A stretch of DNA of 64,000 nt, from NCBI GenBank assembly GCA_965223545.1, contig OZ245006.1:5824001-5888000 (forward strand), written 5' to 3'. Below are positions 57,498-64,000 of this stretch, in pieces (within the stretch, counting starts at the first letter, position 1; each line of letters opens with the position of its first letter). Source of the stretch: Planctomycetota bacterium (GTDB taxonomy: Bacteria; Planctomycetota; UBA1135; UBA2386). A program made the translations under genes and the position numbers. The notes below the pieces were generated by a model, which was not told the DNA's origin, did not search any database, and worked only from the letters and a program-made list of their open reading frames with translations.

Positions 57498-57901
57498 CTC
57501 TTGCTCCTCGAATCGACGGGGCGCAGCTGGCGCAGCTCGTCGCGCAACAGGGCGATCAGCGCGGTCTCCGACATCCCCAGCCGCCGGCCCTCGAGCGCCA
57601 GCTCGTGCGCGAGCCGCGCCAGCAGCGCCTGCCGCTCGCCCGGCAACAGCGGTTGTTCGCCGTCGGCGACGAACGCCCCCTGCCCCTGCCGCCGCGTGAT
57701 CACGCGCTCGTGGGCGAGCAGGTCGTAGGCCTTGACCACCGTCGTCGGGTTGAGGCCCAGGGTGGTGGCCAGCTCGCGCACCGACGGCAGCCGCTCGCCC
57801 GGCCGCACGTAGCCACGCAGGCAGGCCGCCTTGATCTCGTTGGCGACCTGCCGGTAGAGCGGCACGCCGGCGGCGGGGCTGACCTGGATGTCGATGTTCA
57901 T
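57494..57901 (-). CDS. GntR family regulator, YtrA subfamily
   Basis: PLYRQV, GERLPSVRELA..LGLNPTTVVKAY..L, RQGQGAFV; short C-terminus; first gene of the ABC operon. Confidence 0.92.
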   Translation of the reverse strand: MNIDIQVSPAAGVPLYRQVANEIKAACLRGYVRPGERLPSVRELATTLGLNPTTVVKAYDLLAHERVITRRQGQGAFVADGEQPLLPGERQALLARLAHELALEGRRLGMSETALIALLRDELRQLRPVDSRSKR

Positions 57902-57924
57902 CTGTATGATCTCATACCATACAG
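57902..57924. promoter_or_regulatory. Putative YtrA operator
   Basis: CTGTATG-N9-CATACAG inverted repeat (TGTA-N13-TACA) abutting the GntR start codon. Confidence 0.75.
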
Positions 57925-58056
57925 TCGGTACGGAGTTAGAGATCGGGAAAACTTGCGGCTCTCGCTCCGCCGGTTGCGCGGCCCCGCCAGAGGCCCGACC
58001 GGAGGCCATACTCGGTAGCGCGTCGCTCCGACCGCGCCGAGAGCGGCTGGTCTGCT

Positions 58057-59778
58057 CTATTGTCGGAGGGCGAGCGACCGCAGCGCCGGCAGCCGATCGC
58101 TCGCCGCCGGACTCAGGGTGAACGCGTTGGCCCAGGATGGGAGCAGGCCGTCGACCATCGGCTGCACCGAGACCACCAGCCCGTCGACCACGAGCAGCAG
58201 CGAGCCCGCGCGTGCCAGCGCGGCGCGCTTGATGCGCAGCAGGGACTCCTCGGCGGCCTCGCGCGGACGGAACGAGAAGCTGCGCGGGTTGGGTGGGCGC
58301 TTGTGCAACCTGCCGAGGTCTTCGTCGCCGAACGACGCCGCCGCGGCCTCGGTGGCGATGAGCTCCACGACCCAGGGCAGCGGCCGCAGCCGTTCTCGGT
58401 CGGCGCCGATCGAGCCGGCGGGCGCGGCGTCGACGACCAAGCCGAGCGTGGCGGCGTGGCTCGGGGCCCAGTGTCGCGGCCGCCACGGGTCGGCGGCGAT
58501 CCGGACCGGCAGCCAGCGGATCCAGCGCGGACCACCGGCGTCGGCCGGCAGGGCGTGGAACGCGGCGATGGCGCGTTCGTCGTCCTGCAGGGCCGCGCGC
58601 TGGCGGCCGCCGTCGGCGTCGAGCCAGGCCAGCAAGCGGTTGCGTTCGTCTTCGGCGGTGTGGTCGAGGCGTCGCGGCAACCCGCTGGCGTAGAGCTGCA
58701 ACGAAGGAGCGGGGGCCGTGACGTCGCGGTCGGGGGCCACCGTCAGCCGCGCCAGCCGGGCGGCGGCCGCGATGTCTTCGTCGTCGTGCTGCTCGAGCGC
58801 CGCGAGGCGCGGCGCCACGAAGCGCGCGGTGGGACCGATCGCTGCGGTCGCCCGCAGCATTGCCACGGCGACGTCGGCGGGCGCGGCCTCGGCCGCGTCC
58901 AGAAGCCAGCGCGCGGCGTCCGGATGCCGGGCGGCGCCGATCCAGCCGGCGGCCTCGGTCCGGGTCGCGGGGTCGAGGGCGAACAGCCGCTGGCACTGGC
59001 CCAGCATGCAGGCGGCGGAGTCCGGCGCGAAGGCCGCGAGGGCGAGCGATGCCTCGGTGCGGAGCCAGGTCACCAGCTGCGGCGTGAAGGTCATCGCGAA
59101 GCGTTCGTCGGCCACGGTCCAGGTCCACTCCTCGTCCGGTTGGAACTGGTGGTCGACCACCTCCGTCAACGCTCGTGCGATCCTGCTCCGTTGGCTGCGC
59201 CACCCGATGGCGCGGTGCGCCAGCGCGCGGCAGGCGGTGGCCAGCGCGTACGGATTGCTGCCGGTCAGGGCGGCGAGCAGGACGTCGAGCTCGGCGCCGG
59301 CGTCGAGGGCGATCGACGACACCAGCTGTTGCCAGTGGGCGCGCAGCTCGGCGCGCACGGCGTAGCCCGCGCGCGGCGGGTTGCCGCGCAAGAACTCGAC
59401 CAGCTCGCGCCGGGCGCTGCCGGCGAACGGTGCGACTCGCGCCAGCACCAGCGCCGCGTCCAGCAGCGGCTGCACCGGGATGTGCGGATCGGTGATGCAG
59501 GTGCGCAGCGCCGGCACCGCGCCGGTGGCGCGCGGGCCGAGCTCGAGTAGCACGCGGGCCGCGGCGGCGCGCGCTTGCGCCTCGCCCGCTTCGCCGCGCA
59601 TGCCGTGCGCCAGCAGGTCGGCGAGCTGCGGCACCACCGGCTCGCCGAGCGCGAGCAGCTCGAGCTGGGCGCGCGCGCCGTGCTCGGTCGATGCCAACTG
59701 GCGCAGCAGGTCGTCGGCGCCCGGTTGCGCGGCCGCGGCGGCGCTCAACAGCAGGGCGGTGGGCAGCCGCGCCTTCAA
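58057..59778 (-). CDS. Secreted HEAT-repeat-like hypothetical protein
   Basis: Signal-like LPTALLLSAAAAAQ; helical repeats (LLALGEPVVPQL, LLELGPRATGAVPAL); TTG start overlaps the upstream stop. Confidence 0.65.
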   Translation of the reverse strand: MKARLPTALLLSAAAAAQPGADDLLRQLASTEHGARAQLELLALGEPVVPQLADLLAHGMRGEAGEAQARAAAARVLLELGPRATGAVPALRTCITDPHIPVQPLLDAALVLARVAPFAGSARRELVEFLRGNPPRAGYAVRAELRAHWQQLVSSIALDAGAELDVLLAALTGSNPYALATACRALAHRAIGWRSQRSRIARALTEVVDHQFQPDEEWTWTVADERFAMTFTPQLVTWLRTEASLALAAFAPDSAACMLGQCQRLFALDPATRTEAAGWIGAARHPDAARWLLDAAEAAPADVAVAMLRATAAIGPTARFVAPRLAALEQHDDEDIAAAARLARLTVAPDRDVTAPAPSLQLYASGLPRRLDHTAEDERNRLLAWLDADGGRQRAALQDDERAIAAFHALPADAGGPRWIRWLPVRIAADPWRPRHWAPSHAATLGLVVDAAPAGSIGADRERLRPLPWVVELIATEAAAASFGDEDLGRLHKRPPNPRSFSFRPREAAEESLLRIKRAALARAGSLLLVVDGLVVSVQPMVDGLLPSWANAFTLSPAASDRLPALRSLALRQ

Positions 59779-61679
59779 GCGCTTGCCTCGCTCGCTCCGG
59801 TGTCGGCGGGGCCGGCCGCCGGCCGCTCGGTGGTGTTGCCGCGCGCCTCGAGGTGGGTGAGTACCTGCACCATGCGCTCCAGCACGTCGCCGTCGCCGGG
59901 CCGGCCGAAGTTGCGCAGCACGATCTCCTTGGCGAACAGGTGCACCAGATAGCGCAGGCGCCGCGCCTCGGTGCGGGTGGCGGCGACGTAGTCGCGGTGG
60001 CCCGTGTTGTATTCCCAACCCTGCTCGTGCATGCGCGAGCGCCAGCGCTCGTCCGGCGCGTGCACCGGCACCGGGTCGGGAATGCCGCCGTCGGCCGACG
60101 GCGATGGCGTCGCGTCGACCACCTCGATCGCCGCGCCGGCGCTGGCCTCGGCATCGTTCGTGCTGGCCGTCACCGTCAGCGTCGCTCCGCCGAGATGCTC
60201 GGGTGCGCGAAAGCGCGCCCGGCGGTCGTCGACGTCGAGCGTTCCCGCGCCGTCGAGCAGCCAGGAGAAGACGACCGGAACGCGCACCGGGCGTCCGTCG
60301 GCGTCGAGCGGGCGCGCGACGAACGTCCGCGCGCTGCCGGCCGGCACGCGGGCCTTGCCCGGGGTCAGCTGGACGGCGGCGAGGGGACCCGGCGGAAACA
60401 GCAGCGTCCCGTCATCGTCCTCCGTGTCTCCGGCGCCGGCTTCGGCTTCGGTGGTTGCGGCATCGCCGGCTTCGGCGTCGGCCGCCAACGGTTCGCCGTC
60501 GCCCACCTCGACTGCCTTTGCGCTCGTCGCGGCCTCGTTGTGCCGCACGTCGAACAGATCGTACTCCGGCAGCAGCGACGGCATCTTGCGGAAGACGCGC
60601 TTGAGCTGCTTGGCGAGGTTGCGGTCGAGCTCCTCGCGCTGTCGCTCTTCGTCTTCGACCAGGATGGCCGTCAGCCGCATCTCCAGCACCGGCAGCGCGG
60701 CGACCAGGGCGGCGGCGGCGCGGTCGAAGACGATGCCGCGGCGCGTGCTCGGCGGCACCTGCAGCTGGGGAAAGTCGACGACGCCCTCGAAGCGCCCGCT
60801 GTCCCACGGCGTCCGGACCCGGTCCGGACCCTCGATCGCCGCGATGTCGTCGAGCACCGTCGTGCCGCCGCAGGCCAGCGCCACGCGGCCGTGGCGCTCG
60901 TCGTCGGCGGAGACCAGGTAGAGCTCGACGCGCGCATCGTCGTGGCCTTCGACGCCGAGGCGGACCAACCCCTCGATCGACTGGCCGCGGTAGCGCTCGG
61001 CGGTGACCGCGAATTCCTTGATCGCGCGGCCGCGGGCGACGCGGTCCAGGATGCGGAGCTCGACGGTGCGACCCAGCAGCTGGCCGCGCAGCTCACCGGC
61101 GAGGTAGGCCTGCAAGCGCGGCGGCCGCACCTGCCGGTGCACTTGCTCGTGGATGCCGAAGATCTCGACTTCGGTGAACGTGTCGCTGTCGTCCAGCCGG
61201 CGCGCGCGCGCCTTGGTCAGCTGGGCATCGGGGCAGTCCTCGACCAGGGTCAGGGTCCAGGTGGCGCCACCGCCGACGCGGCTGTGGATGCGCATCTCGC
61301 GGCCCACCGCCCAGAAGCCGAGCAGCCCGATGCCGTACTTGCCGATCGCCATCAGCTCGCGGCGTTGGGCCGGCGTCAGCGAGCGCTTGTGCGAGTGGCC
61401 GATGGTCGTCGCGATGTGGTGCAGCGCCTGATCGCGGTCGAGCTCCGGAAACACGCCGCGGCCGTCGTCGCGAATGCGCAGCCCGCGCTCGCCCTTGCGC
61501 TTGAACCAGGTGATCTCGATGTGTTCGGCCTGCGCGTCGAGCGAGTTCTGCACCAGCTCGCACACCGCCTTGCGCGGATCGTGTTGGCTGCGGGCCAGCA
61601 GGCGGATCAAGTCGAACGAATCGGCGGGCTTGAGCCGCAGCTTGGTCTGGCGCACCGAGCCGGAGGGACGCTTGGCCAT
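59775..61679 (-). CDS. MORC/Hsp90-like GHKL ATPase with an internal Ig-like domain
   Basis: ELVQNSLDA, DDGRG, IGHSHK, GKYGIG; acidic linker; beta-sandwich VQLTP...ATLTVTA. Confidence 0.82.
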   Translation of the reverse strand: MAKRPSGSVRQTKLRLKPADSFDLIRLLARSQHDPRKAVCELVQNSLDAQAEHIEITWFKRKGERGLRIRDDGRGVFPELDRDQALHHIATTIGHSHKRSLTPAQRRELMAIGKYGIGLLGFWAVGREMRIHSRVGGGATWTLTLVEDCPDAQLTKARARRLDDSDTFTEVEIFGIHEQVHRQVRPPRLQAYLAGELRGQLLGRTVELRILDRVARGRAIKEFAVTAERYRGQSIEGLVRLGVEGHDDARVELYLVSADDERHGRVALACGGTTVLDDIAAIEGPDRVRTPWDSGRFEGVVDFPQLQVPPSTRRGIVFDRAAAALVAALPVLEMRLTAILVEDEERQREELDRNLAKQLKRVFRKMPSLLPEYDLFDVRHNEAATSAKAVEVGDGEPLAADAEAGDAATTEAEAGAGDTEDDDGTLLFPPGPLAAVQLTPGKARVPAGSARTFVARPLDADGRPVRVPVVFSWLLDGAGTLDVDDRRARFRAPEHLGGATLTVTASTNDAEASAGAAIEVVDATPSPSADGGIPDPVPVHAPDERWRSRMHEQGWEYNTGHRDYVAATRTEARRLRYLVHLFAKEIVLRNFGRPGDGDVLERMVQVLTHLEARGNTTERPAAGPADTGASEASA

Positions 61680-61690
61680 GGCCTGCCACG

Positions 61691-62539
61691 CTACAAGAGG
61701 CGGCATTGGCCGCAACCACGCGGTCCACCGCCCAGTGCGTCGATCGGGTCGGCGAGCTCGACCGCCAGCTGCGCGGCGGTCGGCGTCCGGTGGCGTGGGT
61801 TGCACCGCGTGGCCCGGCGGACAGCACCGGCCAGGGCGGCCGCGCCGCCGCGGAGCCTCGGCAGGCGGGCGCCGTGGCCGCCGGCCAACCGGTGCCACCA
61901 CGCGTGCAATGGGCGGGCGCGGCCGCCCAGCAGCAGTGCCAGCGTGACGCCGAGACCGAAGACGTCGATGCGCGGATCGGCGGGCGCGCGGCACGCGGCG
62001 CCCGACCGCCACGCCTCCGGCGGGATGAAGCCCCGCGTGCCGGGCACCTCTCCCCGGCCCGTTTGGTCACTGCGCGCGCGCGGCCGCGCCAGGCCGAGGT
62101 CGATCAACACCGGCCGGGCGCGATCGAGCAGGATGTTGGCCGGGGTCACGTCGCGGTGCACGACGCCGGCGTCGTGCAGGTACTGCAGGGTGCCCGCCAC
62201 GGCGATGCCGAGGCAGGCGACTTGCAGGGGGGTGAGCGGGCGGCGCAGGTGCGACAGCGGGGGCCCCGACAGTCGGGCCAACGCCAAGTACGGAACGCCG
62301 TCGATGGCGCCGGCGGTCTCGAAGCGCACCAGGCCGGGATGGCGCAGGGGGGCGAGGAGGTCGATCTCGCGCCGCAGCCGGCGCGCGGCTCCGCCCGTTG
62401 CTCCGCGGCGCGGCAGCTTGACGGCCAGCGCGGCGCGGTCGCGGAGCCGGGTGGCGGCGTAGACCTCGCTCATGCCCCCGCGCGCCAGTAGGTGGTGGAT
62501 CCGCATTCCGTCGAACATGGCCGGCGGATGGCTGCTCAC
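61691..62539 (-). CDS. Short soluble Ser/Thr protein kinase (kinase domain only)
   Basis: ARGGMSEVY, AVK, HRDVTPAN, DLG, GTRGFIPPE, DVFGLG. Start uncertain. Confidence 0.85.
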   Translation of the reverse strand: MSSHPPAMFDGMRIHHLLARGGMSEVYAATRLRDRAALAVKLPRRGATGGAARRLRREIDLLAPLRHPGLVRFETAGAIDGVPYLALARLSGPPLSHLRRPLTPLQVACLGIAVAGTLQYLHDAGVVHRDVTPANILLDRARPVLIDLGLARPRARSDQTGRGEVPGTRGFIPPEAWRSGAACRAPADPRIDVFGLGVTLALLLGGRARPLHAWWHRLAGGHGARLPRLRGGAAALAGAVRRATRCNPRHRTPTAAQLAVELADPIDALGGGPRGCGQCRLL

Positions 62540-62549
62540 CGCAGCGCCG

Positions 62550-63191
62550 TCAATCCGGGCCACGGCGCCGGGCCGGCGCCGCTCTGCCGGCGGGGTTGCG
62601 CAGCAACTCGATGCGCAGGGCGGCGCGCGCGCGAGTCAGCAGGACGCGGCTGGCGCCGGGGCTGCGGCCCGTGCGCGCGGCGGAGCGATGGTGGGTGTGG
62701 CGCGGGTCGGCGTGCCAGCGCAGCGCCTGTCCGTACTGCGGCGGCAGCCGGTCCAGCGCCGCTTGCACGTGCTGCCACTCGTCGCGCGCGGCCGCCGTCT
62801 GCGGCGGAGGCGGCAGCGGGGACGGGGCCCGCGCCGCCGGAATGGCGATCGCCTCGGGCGCGGTCCTGCGCCGCGCGGTGTAGTGCCGGTGGCGCAGCAT
62901 CACCAGGTGGCGGACGATGGAGACCAGCCAGGCGCGCAGCGCGCCGCGCGTTGCGCCGCGGAAGCTCGGGATCGACTGCAGCACCTGCACGGTGGCGGAC
63001 TGCACCACATCGGAGATGGTCAAGTGCCGGCCGAGGTGCTCGCCGACTTCGGCGGTGGCGGCCTGGCGCAGGATGGGCTGCGCCCACGCCACGAGCGCGT
63101 CCCAGCCGCGCGGGTCGCCGGCCCGCGCCGCGGCGAGCCAGTCGGGGCTGCCGGGGCGAACCAGCTCGGGTTGGGGCTGACGGAACCGCAT
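62550..63191 (-). CDS. ECF sigma-70 factor (kinase-associated)
   Basis: ARAGDPRGWDAL, TISDVVQSA, FRG..RGALRAWL, LDRLPPQY, LLTRARAALR; kinase gene immediately downstream. Confidence 0.82.
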   Translation of the reverse strand: MRFRQPQPELVRPGSPDWLAAARAGDPRGWDALVAWAQPILRQAATAEVGEHLGRHLTISDVVQSATVQVLQSIPSFRGATRGALRAWLVSIVRHLVMLRHRHYTARRRTAPEAIAIPAARAPSPLPPPPQTAAARDEWQHVQAALDRLPPQYGQALRWHADPRHTHHRSAARTGRSPGASRVLLTRARAALRIELLRNPAGRAAPARRRGPD

Positions 63192-63319
63192 GACACCATG
63201 GGCGTTTGCGGGTCCACTGGCGGGCCCGCCCGTCAGAGTTGCCGGACAGATGAAGTGCAATCGGGTAAAAAATCCCTATCCGCGGTCCGCCCCCGTCCGT
63301 CCGGACGCAGAAGTGATGA

Positions 63320-63976
63320 ATGACGCAGCGACGTTACGAGCAAGTTGAGCCAGAGGGAGATCGCGGAGCGTTCGCTCAGCTGCTCTCGGCCGCCAAGAGC
63401 GGTGACCGGGAGGCCCAGGACGCGCTGGTCGGGCGGGTCTACCCGGAGGTCCGTCGGCTGGTGCACAAGGAGCTCAGCCAGAGCCTGCGCCGGTCGCGCC
63501 CGGAGCTGTCGGCGCTGTTCAGCACCGGGGACGTGGTGCACGACGTGCTGCTGGGCGTGCTGCGCGATCTGCACAGCTTCAAGGGCGACGATCAACCCGC
63601 CCTGACTCAGTACTTGGCGGTGCGCGTCTCGCACCAGTTGATCGACACGATTCGCTTTCACCAGGCCAAGTGCCGCGACCGCCGCCGCGGTGGGGTCGAC
63701 TCCGCGGCCCACGAGCCGGCCAGCACCGACCCCTCGCCGACGTCGGCCGCCGCTGCGCGGGAGTCGGCCGCGGCGTTGGATGCCGCGATCGCCACCTTGC
63801 CCGAGCGGCTGCGCCAGGTGCTCGAGCTGCGCTACCGACGCGGCATGGCGCACGCCGATGTCGCCGCCGCGCTGGGCTTCCCATCGGCCGAGGCGGCGCG
63901 CAAGGCGGAGCGCACGGCGCGGGCGCAGCTCTCGGTGCGCATGCGCGCGCTCGGCGATGGGGGGCGCGCGGAGTGA
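63320..63976 (+). CDS. ECF sigma-70 factor
   Basis: AKSGDREAQDAL, FSTGDVVHDV, LPERLRQVLELRY..GMAHADVAAALG. Confidence 0.88.
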   Translation: MTQRRYEQVEPEGDRGAFAQLLSAAKSGDREAQDALVGRVYPEVRRLVHKELSQSLRRSRPELSALFSTGDVVHDVLLGVLRDLHSFKGDDQPALTQYLAVRVSHQLIDTIRFHQAKCRDRRRGGVDSAAHEPASTDPSPTSAAAARESAAALDAAIATLPERLRQVLELRYRRGMAHADVAAALGFPSAEAARKAERTARAQLSVRMRALGDGGRAE

Positions 63977-64000
63977 GCGATCCGACCAGGGTGTCGGCCA

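Noticed and set aside
1..64000. Many long overlapping or antisense ORFs rich in Arg/Ala/Pro (e.g. 3576-5864, 19134-21413, 27619-29997, 59691-62462)
   Set aside because: Shadow frames expected at this GC content; each overlaps a gene with clear motifs.

Overview
GC-rich bacterial chromosomal window, most likely from a Planctomycetota: it has DUF1549/DUF1553 plus DUF1501, DUF1800 plus DUF1501, four ECF sigma factors, two Hanks-type Ser/Thr kinases and secreted repeat proteins with a shared C-terminal domain. Main blocks: (1) secreted FG-GAP protein, PSD1/DUF1501/ECF operon and a convergent kinase; (2) an 8-gene two-component cluster with no DNA-binding output, containing a kinase-less CHASE sensor next to a degenerate histidine kinase, followed at once by two paralogous HNH proteins, one with catalytic residues and one without; (3) RdgC-like gene pair, PPIase, lipoproteins and lsrF-rpe; (4) a 10-gene cluster (RibD-C, dehydrogenase, glycosyltransferase, methyltransferases, CDP-alcohol transferase, sulfatase-like protein) of unknown product; (5) a RelE/ParE toxin-antitoxin pair with a clear promoter/operator beside a decayed tyrosine recombinase; (6) a YtrA-type GntR-ABC operon, a MORC-like GHKL ATPase and two divergent ECF sigma factors. 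A ~160-bp CTAG-ended hairpin element occurs twice. No rRNA, tRNA or CRISPR array was seen. All functional calls rest on motifs read by eye, and several start codons were re-chosen from the ORF track.
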